Part shown: positions 49,549 through 60,633 of the stretch, one piece after another
Position numbering within the stretch: the stretch's first letter is position 1
Layout of the letters: each line of letters starts with the position of its first letter
NCBI RefSeq assembly: GCF_021730395.1
Contig: NC_069372.1
Coordinates: 63,039,754 to 63,103,753 of the forward strand
Source: Mercenaria mercenaria
Lineage: Eukaryota
Length of the DNA stretch: 64,000 nt
Direction: 5' to 3'
Program-made: the position numbers and the translations under genes
Notes under the pieces: generated by a model
Databases searched by the model: none
What the model saw: only the letters and a program-made list of their open reading frames with translations
What the model was told of the DNA's origin: nothing

Positions 49549-50698
49549 CAAGTCCACAAAAAAAATCCTTACCAGGTAGAGATACCTTAAAATACACCCA
49601 AAATTTGAAAGTAACATCAATGTTCTACCACAGAAAAGTGGTCTTGGTTTTTCCCTATGGTCAATTATAAAAAAGTAACAATGTAAGTTATTTATAGTAA
49701 CTACTAAGGGAAGTTAATCTTTAGAGAAAAAAAAATTGTAAGTCCGCACAAAAATCTTTACCAGGTACAGATTGGTCAAAATACTCCTCAAAATTGGATG
49801 TAGCATGCATGTTGTACTACAGAAAAGTGGTCTCGATTTTTCCCTACGCCTAGTAATGAAGAAGTTACAATATAAGCTATTTATAGTAACAACAAAGGGA
49901 AGTAATTCTAAAGGAAATGTGCATGACATTTCCTCTCATGATGGTGTATAATTGTGCCAAGTTGCATCAAAATCCCTCCATGCATGAAGAAGAAATGCTT
50001 CGGACAAAGTCATTCTTGTATCTGACCTTTGGCGTCTAAATGTGACCTTGACCTTAGACCTGGGGACCTGGGAATTGCGCATGACACTCCGCCTCATGGT
50101 GGTGAACATTTGTGACAAGTTACATCAAAATCCCTCTATGCATGAAGAAAGAATGCTCCGGACAAAGTTTTCATTCTTGTATCCTTTGACCTCTAAGTGT
50201 GACCTTGACCTTAGACCTAGGGACCTGGTTCTTGTGCATGACACTCCGCCTCATGGTGGTGAACATTTCTGACAAGTTATATCAAAATCCCTCTATGCAT
50301 GAAGAAGAAATGCTCTGGACAAAGTTTTCATTCTTGTATCCTTTGACCTCTAAGTGTGACCTTGACCTTAGACCTAGGACCTGGTTCTTGCGCAAGACAC
50401 TCCGTCTCATGATGGTGAACAACTGTGCCAAGTTTCATCAAAATCCCTCCATGCATGTAGAAGATATGCTCCGGACAAAGTCATTCTTGAATTTGACCTT
50501 TAACCTCTAAGTGTGACCTTGACCTTATACTTAGAGACCTGGTTCTTGCGCACGACACTCCATCTCATGATGGTGAACAACTGTGCCAAGTTTCATCAAA
50601 ATCCCTCCATGCATGTAGAAGACAAAGTCTGTGGATGCCGCCCACCCGCCAGGGGCGTTCCCATAATACGTCCTGTTTTTCAAACGGGCGTATAAAAA
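49549..50698 (+). mobile_element. C-family element with a tandemly duplicated leader (49549-49720 and 49737-49930), ~4.5 monomers of ~157 bp, and a GC-rich tail with hairpin and ataaaaaggg
   Basis: The leaders read gtccacaaaaaaaatccttaccaggtagagatacc... and gtccgcacaaaaatctttaccaggtacagattggtc.... The monomers read tgacctctaagtgtgaccttgaccttagacctagggacctggttcttgtgcatgacactccgcctcatggtggtgaacatttctgacaagtt. The tail is ggatgccgcccacccgccaggggcgttcccataatacgtcctgtttttcaaacgggcgtataaaaaggg. Confidence 0.7.
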
Positions 50699-50699
50699 G

Positions 50700-51160
50700 G
50701 GAAGTAATACAAAAAAATTATTGTAAGAGAACAAAAAAGGGATCTGCAAAATAAAAACAGCACTGCAATGCAGAACAATATACACAAAGCAAAGTCATAT
50801 ATGACCCCTAAGTGTGACCCTGACCTTGAAGCGAGTCATCAAAAACATGCGTTCTGCATGTCGCCTCAGTGTGGTTAACATTTGTGCCAAGTTTCTTTGA
50901 AATCCTTCAAGCAGTTCAAGAGTTACTGAGCAGACACGAAACACTCATGACCTTTGACCCCTAAGTGTGACCTTGACGGTAGTTATCCGAAACAAGCACT
51001 CTGCACGTCATCTCAGTGTGGTGAACATTTGTGTCAAGTTTCTTTGAAATCCTTCAAGGGGTTCAAGAGTTACAGAGCAGACACGAAATTGCTAACGGAC
51101 AGACACCACCGACGTCATAACATAATACGTCCCTTCGGGTGTATAAAAAGTAATTTTGAT
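50700..51160 (+). mobile_element. Short C-family-like element (leader, ~2 monomers of ~150 bp, tail with hairpin)
   Basis: The monomers read gacccctaagtgtgacc.tgac.....ag..atc.aaaacaagc..tctgca.gtc.cctcagtgtggt.aacatttgtg.caagtttctttgaaatccttcaag..gttcaagagttac.gagcagacacgaaa. The tail is gctaacggacagacaccaccgacgtcataacataatacgtcccttcgggtgtataaaaag. Confidence 0.55.
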
Positions 51161-52419
51161 TGTTTCCCTGTAACAATTGAGCCATTAAAAAAGGCAATCA
51201 TGAACATTTTGAGGTGTAGATCTATTGCTTCTAGGTCCGTATTTTTTGTTTCAAAAATATTTCTTTATTAATGATTGACCGTCTTTTGGGCAAGTGAGTA
51301 AGCTTTCAGAAAAATCATACTTCAAAGCCCAGATGCAGACTGTATACTTAAAAGCCCTGATGTAAACTGTTTACGTACAGCAAGTGAGCAACGGGGTACA
51401 AAACATTTATCGCAGTGCATCGTGCCAGTTAAAATAACGCTTCAAGCGGTCAGAACAGGCTGAATGGAAACTAAGAAGACTTAAAAATTAATTGATCAAT
51501 TCTACATAGTTACTTACAGGTTTGCTATTTAATTTTGCTTTCAATACAAAGCAAAGATAGCGGAAATGTCCTGTATGGAAAAAGTATGCATTGGATGGGA
51601 TAAAGCAGGAAAACCCACCGGTGCCCGCTCATATTGGTCACAACCAGTTAAATAGTTTTCCCTATATATTCTATATAAAACTGACATTTTTTAAAGAGCT
51701 TCCAAACAGCTAGACCCATTTCAGAGAACAAATCCTTACCTCATTTTAAAGAGTTATGATAAAACTGATATAAAATGAAGAGAAAAGTAGGGGTCATGTA
51801 TCTTCTAAGAGAGATTTCTCTGGTCACATTTGCTTACTATAAACTGGCATCAAAATCACACTGCTGTGACCTGGAAGTACTACTCATACTACAACTGAGA
51901 ATCACTTCACCAAATACAACCTGCTCTCACATTTTTCCTACCAAAATGTCACAAATACATCCACAATGAAATTTAAACAGGAACTAGCTTTAATTTAGAC
52001 CTCTGTTGCCATGCCAAGTGAAAAATTAGTGTTCAAATACCTGGCAGCCATTACGTGACTAGACCAGACGGTTCCTTTAGTATAGTTAGGCCTATTGCTA
52101 AACTATTCGTCAGTGCTCATCACGTGGTGAGACTGATTAAAAATAGATGCGCTAAGATCCTGCACAATTCACTGACTTGGAAAACCAACAACCACATGAC
52201 GTCAGCATACAAAAATAATGTTGTTTAACTGTTGGAATACACATGTAATGGTAGCGGTCAGTTAATGTTTTCATTCAACAATTAATTTCGGGTTATTATT
52301 TAATATTTTAAAGTTAATTTTTTGTTCAGTTTGAGGAAAGTAGCCGGTGGTACATCCATCAGTAGTCAGCGAAATTGCCCGCCGCCAGGGCTTGTGGAGA
52401 GCTTTGTTAACTCAAAGTC

Positions 52420-53290
52420 AATTTACTTCCCTATCTAGCTGAAAAAGAAAGGGACATCTAAGAATGGCTCTGTCAATGGAGTTCCCTATCCAAAAAAAAC
52501 AAACAAAAAACATACTAACTTACTAGTCCTAGGTTTCACATTTTAGGGGACAGCAAGAAAGAGGAATATTTGAAATAACTTATAAAAACACCTTCTACAA
52601 CCGGAAGTATAGGTATTATGATATACAAAACATGCGCGGATCCAGCCAATTTTCTCAGAAGGGGTCCCCCCCTCTCCCACCAACCATCTGGAAAATTTTG
52701 AAATTTAGCGCCTCATTTTCTGCATTCTGGTGCATTCTAGAAGCTTTTTTAAGATAACCTTTTCACTGCAATTCTATATACAATATACCCCTTATTTTCA
52801 GTTTTATGGGCTTACCTGTTAAATTTTGGGAAAATGATAAAATAAAGTTTTCTTGAAGGTAACATTCTTAGTTTCTCTTAGATAATTAATAAAAATATGA
52901 ATTATGTCTGGGTCGTATGTAGCAGTAGCCGCATATACTTTAAATGCGGTCCTAATGTTGTCTTTTTTTTCATATTTTCTTTCCAACTTGTCTTCTTTCC
53001 TTTTTTAATGATTTTCCAGAGGGGGTGCCGTCCCCTGGTCCCCCCCCACCTCTGGATCCGCGCATGCATAAATTACATATTGTTATTTCATACTACCTTT
53101 ACAGAACTACAATGTTTTATTCATTACAATACAGCTTATTTCAAATCGTCAGAGGACATATATGTATTCAATACCACTTTTGTAGAACTGCAATGCATTA
53201 CAATACCACTTTTTATCAAATCGTCAGAGGTCATATGTATCAAACGCTCATCCAAATGATCCGCATATCTGTGCTCTCCATATTGAGCTA
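52420..53290 (+). repeat. Diverged fragment of a higher-order repeat unit (lacking the terminal hairpin), interrupted by a MITE
   Basis: tagctgaaaaagaaagggacatctaagaatggctctgtc...cctaggtttcacattttagggg...caaccggaagtataggtatta before the MITE. aactgcaatg...ataccactttttatcaaatcgtcagagg after it. Confidence 0.55.
52638..53066. mobile_element. MITE-like element (~430 bp) with ~15-bp perfect TIRs (CATGCGCGGATCCAG), extending imperfectly to ~40 bp
   Basis: The left end is catgcgcggatccagccaattttctcagaaggggtccccccctc. The right end is gagggggtgccgtcccctggtccccccccacctctggatccgcgcatg. No ORF inside. It is inserted into a diverged higher-order repeat unit. Confidence 0.55.
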
Positions 53291-53331
53291 GGCAGTTTCA
53301 AATGTTATTCTTTAATAATATTACCATATCA

Positions 53332-53338
<7 letters not shown>

Positions 53339-53380
<42 letters not shown>

Positions 53381-53382
53381 AA
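53339..53382. repeat. Compound microsatellite (AT)n(AC)n
   Basis: atatatatatatatatatatatatatatacacacacacacacaa. Confidence 0.95.
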
Positions 53383-53467
53383 TTATACATGAAAAGACCG
53401 AGACAATTACCAGCCATTCCTCAGAAGGGCTTACTATAGGAATAAAAGTACCAAGATCTTCTCCTAA

Positions 53468-54912
53468 CCTAACAAGAGCTGTCTGTTGACAGTGCGCTTG
53501 ACTATTCAAAGCATTGATAGAAGTACAGGGTCAAAATATTACCCGAGATTTTCAGACAAAAGAAAAGGAACAGATAAGACAAACAATGTACACGCATTTG
53601 CGGATTTGGATAAGTTTTGCACTATAATGCAATGTGTGACCATGTTCAGGGATATAAACTAGTTATTTTTATTTAGGGGCCCAGACTGTCAAAAATAAAT
53701 GTTTAACATTAGGTATATGGCATTTTCTCCAACACTTTAGGGGCCCAGTCCAAAATTTAGGGGCAATGGGCTACTGGGCCCCTGCTAATTTATATGCCTG
53801 ATGTTGGTACGCAAGTGTTCAAAGTGTCAAAGCCATATATCAAACAGTTGATAGACAAAATATCGAATGGTGTGCGAAACCTAACTAATTTTTATGTCCA
53901 GAAAAGGACCATAACTGAGCTCAAATCCTTGTTCTAGGTAAGCAGACTATGAAGGTAAACAAGTGGTCAAAGTTTCAAAGCCATATGACAAACAGGTTAT
54001 GCATAATATAGACTGGTACGAAAATTTTCACTGATTTCCAAGTCCAAAAAGGGCCACAATTTAGCGAAAATAGTTGACAGAGTTATGTACTCTTGCCTAC
54101 AGACGGAAATCATGATGATAAGTGTTCAAAGTTTCAAAGCCACATGTCAAATAGCTTTGACAAAACGTTGACTTGTACGAAAACTAAACCAATTTCCAAG
54201 TCCAAAAAGGATAATAATTCAGCCAAAACAGTTGACAGAGTTACATTGCCTTGCCTACATATGGAAATCATAATGATAAACAAGTGTTCAAAGTTTAAAA
54301 GCCACATGTCAAATAGTTTTGACAAAACATGGACTTGTACGAAAACTGAAACAATTTCCAAATCAAAAAGGGCCATAATTCAGTCAAAATAGTTGAGAGT
54401 TGTGTACTCTTGCCTACAGATATAAATCATGATGATGAACAATTGTGCAAACTTTCAAAGCCACATGTCAAATAGTCTTGACAAAACAAGGACTTGTACA
54501 CAAATTGTACAAATTTCCAAGTCCAAATAGGGCCATAATTCAGTCAAAATAGTTGCTAGTAATGTACTCTTGTCTACAGATACAGATAGAGACTGTTATA
54601 ATAAACAAGGGATAAAAGTTTCAAAGCCATATGTCAAACATTTTACACAAAATGTGAATTGGTACGAAAAACTTAACCAAGATTTCTAAGTTAAAAGGGG
54701 CCATAATTCATCCAAAATCCTTGATAGAGTTAGGTACTCTTGCCTACAACTGGACATGGTGATGGTAAACAAGTGTTGAAAATTTAAAAGCTTCATCTCA
54801 AAGACTTTGTCAAAAAGTGGACTAGTATGAAAAACTTAACCAAGGTATGACGCTGATGCCATAGTGAGTAGGACAGCTCTATTTATTCTTTCGAATAGTC
54901 GAGCTAAAGTGT
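53468..54912 (+). mobile_element. A-iv-type satellite-carrying element (5' hairpin module, leader, ~8 monomers of ~150 bp, GC-rich tail), with a small inverted-repeat insertion at ~53670-53790
   Basis: The 5' end is aacaagagctgtctgttgacagtgcgcttgactattcaaag. The 3' end is ggtatgacgctgatgccatagtgagtaggacagctctatttattctttcgaatagtcgagctaaag. The insertion carries ttaggggcccag (x2) facing ctgggcccctgctaa. Confidence 0.75.
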
Positions 54913-55010
54913 TTTAATGGGTCGAGTACTGCTTTTGAACAGCAGACAGTTCCGGTGTTCCTGGATCCTGAATCAAAGGTCTAGGACAAATGATTTTAGG
55001 CAATGCTTTC
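54913..55010 (-). mobile_element. Partial SINE body fragment related to 31190-31290
   Basis: cagttccggtgttcctggatcctgaatcaaaggtctaggacaaatgattttaggcaatgc, compared with ccagtgttcctggattctgtaccagtac...ggaggactaatgatttcagacacaatg. Confidence 0.4.
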
Positions 55011-55099
55011 AGAACTTTTTTTTAAAGAAATCTTACTACCTCTTGCTTTAAGTACACCAAATAACTAACAGTTAGAAGGTCAGCATTTTCTATGAGAGA

Positions 55100-55440
55100 T
55101 CTGGCTGAAACACTAACAGGAATACAACCTAGTCAAGAAGGTCTGGAAGAACAGGCTCAATCTGCGGAAAAGCAAGACCCACCTTGGAAAGAACTATATC
55201 TGGTAGCAGAACCTCCACTGGTCCAACTCTGGAAACTGAAGATCTTCCCATCCCCAAAGTATGTCCTATAGGCTGGCACCAAGAGAACCTCATTTGACAC
55301 CTGGTCAGCAGAAAAGGCCTCGTCTAGTGACTGGGTCTCATCCACAACCATGCGGACCTCCTTACCACATACAACTGGCAGTTCCCCAACGACCTAGACA
55401 ACTGACATGTCCTTCACACCTGAAAAGACAAAATTTTACA
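55100..55440 (-). pseudogene. Diverged paralogue of the 3846-4252 exon-like segment (conserved acceptor, ~70-75% identity, frame-disrupting 1-bp indel)
   Basis: The reverse complement reads aaattttgtcttttcag|gtgtgaaggacatg...ggaggtccgcatggttgtggatgagacccagtcactagacgaggcc...ggggatgggaagatcttcagtttcc. Against copy 1 it shows gggg aaa gggaag versus gggg at gggaag. The minus-strand ORF 55157-55351 shares MVVDET.SLDE with copy 1. Confidence 0.4.
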
Positions 55441-55984
55441 TTCATAAGTTCATTTCATTCTGTTTAAGTATGACATACCAATCAGTAAGAACTAAGTGCC
55501 CCTTCTTTTCTAATCAATAATTACAAGTTCTTATTATTATTATTCTTCAAGCGATATTATCCACACCCTGGTACATGCATGGCATGCTTGCGTACATGCC
55601 AAGTATTTTTATGGTTGATCTTCCTTTTGCCACTGATTAAGTATAACATTCTTTAGGGGTATGCATAGGGGCCCAAGAGTTGCCCTTGTCTGTCCATCCC
55701 AATTTGTACCATTTGTATCTCAAAAAGTATTTGACCCAGCGTCATCAAACCTTGCAGGATTGTTATTCAGCATGGGAAGCAGTGCACCAGGGGTTTTAAT
55801 TTGGATCTAAGGGTCAGACCACACCTATGGCCCTCGACTTAGTGGAAAATAGGCATAAAAAGGGCCTAATTTTGTGTTGCATTTGTCTGGATAAGTACCT
55901 GACTCTGAATTAAGAAACATTACAGGAATATTATTCAGCATGTGAAATTTTGTCTACAATACAATACAATATTATAAATTTTAT

Positions 55985-56090
55985 TTAAAGTTGGCAAGAT
56001 AGTGTCCACAAGCCAGTGAAAGACTGGTCACAATAGCTCACCTTGAGCACTTTCAAAGTTTGTGCTCGGGTAAGCTAAAAATGTGTGGAC
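55985..56090 (+). mobile_element. Solo 3' terminus of a B-like element (5'-truncated)
   Basis: gactggtcacaatagctcaccttgagcactttcaaagtttgtgctcgggtaagctaaaaatg. Confidence 0.5.
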
Positions 56091-56159
56091 ATTTTCAATA
56101 TCTTGTGGACAACAAATTTCGACCGTAGATCTAGTTCATTGTAATAAGATGTTACATTA

Positions 56160-56880
56160 CTACCGTATTTTCCCGAATTAAGCCCCCCCCCCCATTTTGG
56201 AGGGAAAAAAAGTCAACAAGACCAGGAAAAAAAAACACCTACCTCATTTTTATAAGTCCACATAATAAGTAATTTACAGTATCCAGTGTATTAAGAATTA
56301 AACACACTTTTAAACAGTCCATGTACTGTAAGTCCAAAGCATTTGTACTAAGTACGGTACGTATCCAATCATCGAACATAAAATTAAACGGTAAATACAT
56401 TTTTGATTTGTTTTTAAAACCACTCGCGCACACGCTTCCTGCCGACTTTAAACAAACTTGTGGCAAAGTGTTAACCCTTTTCTTTGGCAGTTTTAAGAAC
56501 TTTTAATTTAAAAGCAGGCATAGCAGCGTGTCAAACCATTGACATTGTGTATTGCGCTACTAGCTACCCGCATGTACTAAGGAAAATGTTATCGGAGTAC
56601 ACAGCTGTTTGGGTCATGACGTAATGTGTAATGTTGCGAGCGTGTCAAAAAAACAGACACGGAATACATGCGGTACCGTATTTAAATGCATAAAAGACAC
56701 ACTGCATTAAATTGGATGCCAAATAATTACGTTTTGGGGGGATTAAACAACACAAACACTTTACAGTTAGTTTGAACGATGTTTTTAATAAAGTTTTGTA
56801 AAAATTTTCATTTTTTATTTTTTTACCTCAAATGAAAATGTAATGCCCTCGGGGGCGTTTATCCGGAAAAATACGGTAAC
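56160..56880. mobile_element. Candidate non-autonomous TIR element (~720 bp) with ~30-bp imperfect TIRs, no ORF
   Basis: The left end is taccgtattttcccgaattaagccccccccccc. The right end is cctcgggggcgtttatccggaaaaatacggta (reverse complement ~taccgtatttttccggataaacgccccc). Confidence 0.4.
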
Positions 56881-57885
56881 ACTGAAGTCTATAATGTAGT
56901 CCAACTACCGATACCCTTTAAATACACTCTGAAATTTGAGATTACTACATTTTGGCTTCATCTGAATTTTCTGCACCCTTTGTAGTTTTGATTTTGTGAC
57001 AGTCATTTTCAGTTTGGGAGAGTGGTGAATTGGTGAACATATTTTAATCAATCAACAGAATACACTCTGAAATTTCACCTGCTGAGACAACGGACAAACT
57101 TTCAATTTCACCTGCTGAGACAGTGGGTAGAGAACGGTTAATAACACTCGATTTGTGTGGTCTATGGGGCTTTTTATGAAGCGACAATGTCACATGAAGT
57201 ATTAGGCCATTAATCATTAAACTGAATTTTTTCTTGTCTGCTGCTCTGCAGAAACAGGATCGAACAAAGCTTGCATTGTTCGTTGTTGATCAAAATGCCG
57301 TTTTTGCACAAAAACTCTTCTATGCGGATCATAGGTGCTAGACACATAATCAAATATTGTACTTGGAATATCTATGTATATATATGCGTATTGATTCATG
57401 CACGGAAAAGAATACATGATTCGTGCTCGGTTCCAGTAGTCCTATACAAACATTCATCTAAATTTTTTTTGTAACGCGACAACTGACGCTTCTCAACCAA
57501 TTTTAGAATGGCTTTAATTTTTATGAGAGATTCCCTCAATATTTCAGAGCCCTGCTTTAAGAGTTATAAAATATTAATTGTAATTAGCATGTGAAGTTGT
57601 CCACCTGTGTTCTGTTTGTGATTTCACTCAGCCAGATTTGAGTTACCGTATGTCCCTCGACAAATAGTGAAAAATACACATAAAATGCTTCTGTTACATA
57701 TATATATTAATTTTTTTTTTTTCCTAAAGTCATAAAACATTATAAAGGATTGTTTTATCGCCTTATAATGAAATTTTGCAACAGGTGTTCTCTTTCTGAT
57801 TTTACTCAGCTAGGCCAGAGTTGTGAAAACAAAGTGAAAATACACAAAAAGTTCTTGAAAGATGGTGTTGCAAACATCCTAATAA

Positions 57886-59540
57886 AACAAGAGCTGTTGG
57901 AGGATAGCAATGCTCGACTATTCAACAGCCTTGTCAATTGAATTAATACAAAGGTTGAAAAAAGGGGCATAATTTTGTAAAATGCAAAGTCGAGTTATTG
58001 AACCTCTGTACTGCATGTCATATCATGACAGTGAACAAGTGTGTGAAGTTTTAATCCTTTCCCATTAGTGGATACTGAGGTGCCAGCTTACATACAAAAA
58101 CTTAACCAAAAACTGCAGAATTTGTAAAAATGCAAAGTAGAGTTATGGGACCTTCACAGTGCATGTTAGACCATGACAGTGAACAAGTGTGTGAAGTTTC
58201 AATCCATTCCAATTAGTTAGTACTGAGATACCAGCTTACATAAACAAGAGCTGTCCGTAAGACAGCGCGCTCGATTTTTCTCAGTGCTTGACTCTGAATT
58301 AGAGCTTTGCCAGTAAAAAAAATTCCAAGTTAAAAAGGGACATACTTCTGTCAAAATTAAAATCAGAGTTACGGGAATTGTGTCTCCTGGTGTAGACTTT
58401 GATAGAAAATAACTGTTTTGAGTTTCAAGTCAAAAGCTTTAATAGTAACAGAGATATTTCACTTTATCAATTTTGTTTTTTTAAAATTCTAAGGAAAAAA
58501 GGGGCATAATTCTGTCAAAATTCAAATCAGAGTTATGGGAATTGTGTCTCCTGGTGCAGACTTTGATAGTAAAAAACCATTTTGAGTTTCAAGTCAAAAG
58601 CTTTAATGGTAACAGAGATATTTGACTTTATCAAAAATTTTAACAAAAAATTCTAAGTTAAAAAGGGGCATAATTCTGTCAAAATTCAAATCAGTGTTAT
58701 GGGGATTGTTTCTCCTGGTGTAGACTTTGATGGTAAATAAGTATTTTAAGTTTCAAGTCAAAAGCCTTGATAGTAACAGATATATTTGACTATCAAAAAA
58801 TTCTAAGTTAAAAAGGGGCATAATTCTGTCAAAATTCAAATCAGTGTTATGGGGATTGTTTTTTCTGGTGTAGACTTTGATGGTAAATAAGTATTTTAAG
58901 TTTCAAGTCAATAGCTTTGACAGTAACAGAGATTTTTGACTTTATCAAAAACTTTAACCAAAAATTCTAAGTTAAAAAGGGGCATAATTCTGCCAAAATT
59001 TGAAACCAGAGTTATGGGGATTGTTTCTCCTGGAGTAGACTTTGATAGTAAATACCTATTTTAAGTTTCAAGTCAATAGCTTTGATAGTAACAGAGATAT
59101 TTGACTTTACCAAAAACTTTAACCAACGCTGACGCCATGGCGAATGCAATAGCTCTACATTTTCTTCGAAAAGTCGAGCTAAAAACCTTAACCAAAAATT
59201 TCTAAGTTGAAAAGGGGGCATAATTTTGTAGACAAAGCAAAATAGAGTTACAGAACCTGTGCAATGTATGTCAGTTTATCACGTTTATCACAGTGAATAA
59301 GTGTGTGAAGGCACAAAAAGGGGGCATACTTTGCTCAAAATACATGTTAGAATTATGGAACTTGAACCAGTGAGGATGGTTATTGTCCTAGAAAAAGAAA
59401 AAAATAAGTTTCAAATCTATAATTATGCCTTTAAATGACAGCTGTATGTACTTGCATGCAAAACTTTAACCAAGGTAGGACGCCGACGCCAAGGTCAGCA
59501 GAATAGCTAGACTATTCTTCCAATACTAAGTCAAGCTAAA
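57886..59540 (+). mobile_element. Composite outer element: A-type 5' hairpin module, 2 A-i monomers, then A-iii-type monomers and a GC-rich tail, carrying a nested A-ii element
   Basis: The 5' end is aacaagagctgttggaggatagcaatgctcgactattcaacag. Monomers read ...gtgaacaagtgtgtgaagtt..aatcc.ttcc.attagt..atactgag.taccagcttacat. The 3' end is ggtaggacgccgacgccaaggtcagcagaatagctagactattcttccaatactaagtcaagctaaaaatc. Confidence 0.65.
58244..59185 (+). mobile_element. A-ii-type element nested in the outer element (5' hairpin module, ~5 monomers of ~173 bp, GC-rich tail)
   Basis: Host sequence cttacataaa|caagagctgtccgtaagacagcgcgctcgatttttc ... cgctgacgccatggcgaatgcaatagctctacattttcttcgaaaagtcgagctaaaaac|cttaaccaaaaa. 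An uninterrupted host monomer reads cttacatacaaaaacttaaccaaaaa (58090-58115). Confidence 0.8.
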
Positions 59541-60504
59541 AATCTATACCAGTGATTTTCATGTTATAAAGATTGGTGCTACTGACCACTCATTTTTTTA
59601 GCAGCGTAATATCGTTTCCTGTGTGTCATTCCTTGGTGACATGACAAATATTTACCGCATAGTTGAAGTAGTTCAAAGTGTAGACAAGAATCAGTACATT
59701 TATAAAATTTACATATTTATCCAATCAAAACTACATTTTTATTGAAAATTAGTGTTCACAGTTATTGCATATATCCATAATAAAGTGCATCTGCAATCTG
59801 TTTACTCTCATATCTTTCAATTCCTTTAAGTATTGAATTACTTTGATGTTGCATGTATGGAAAAAGGTAGCAATGAACCGGAACCATGTGTTCTTGGTCT
59901 TGGTCTCATGAAGAATATTTACATCGTAAAGCGTGCGCCTACTAGCACTGACTGCCATCCATTATTTAATAAGTACTCAAAGAATAGGACAGATATTTAA
60001 TTTTAAGCTCTATAGTCCTGAAGAGTATACAATGAAAGAACATCAGTTAAAATAATTATTTTATGCATTGCTATTTTTGAAATAATAAAAAAAGTCTATG
60101 ATTTTCTGGGACAACCCTCGTATTGTGCTGAAAATGAGATTATTTTGGACTAATTTTCAGAAAATATGTACTTATGAAAATTTGAATTTTGAAACAATTT
60201 TGTAGATTTCTAGAGTATCACAAACAAGCTGTCAAAATAAAGTGTCACTTTATTCTACAGATCAAGAGACAGTCTCTAAGTTTAACAACAAAATAAATAG
60301 ATGAATAGATAATTAAATACCAACAAAGATGTTTTTACTTTTTCATACACACATGAGCACTGTCGTATCGCATTGGTAAAAATGAAAGATCTTGTGTGCA
60401 CGAGTTGAAGTATTAGATTTTAATCTTACATGTGAAAGAAAATATTTTCTTTCTTTTCTTTTTAATGATTTAATCCACAATTCCTCCAGTTTTGTTCAGG
60501 CAGT

Positions 60505-60587
60505 GTTGTGCAGGCTAGTAACAATGCCCGATCAGGCTTTCGACATAAAACTAATATTTCTTGAAAAATAGTAAATATAATTTTTTC
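60505..60587 (-). repeat. Left arm of a ~2.2-kb-spaced inverted repeat (~85% identical to 62631-62714); a third partial direct copy lies at 62921-62972
   Basis: gttgtgcaggctagtaacaatgcccgatcaggctttcgacataaaactaatatttcttgaaaaatag, compared with the reverse complement of ...tttcaagaaacattagtttttatgtctaaagcccgatcgggcaatgttaccagcctgttgtgtgc. Confidence 0.65.
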
Positions 60588-60633
60588 AAACTTGCTCCAT
60601 TTATTAAGCATTTCACATGACACAAATTAAAAT

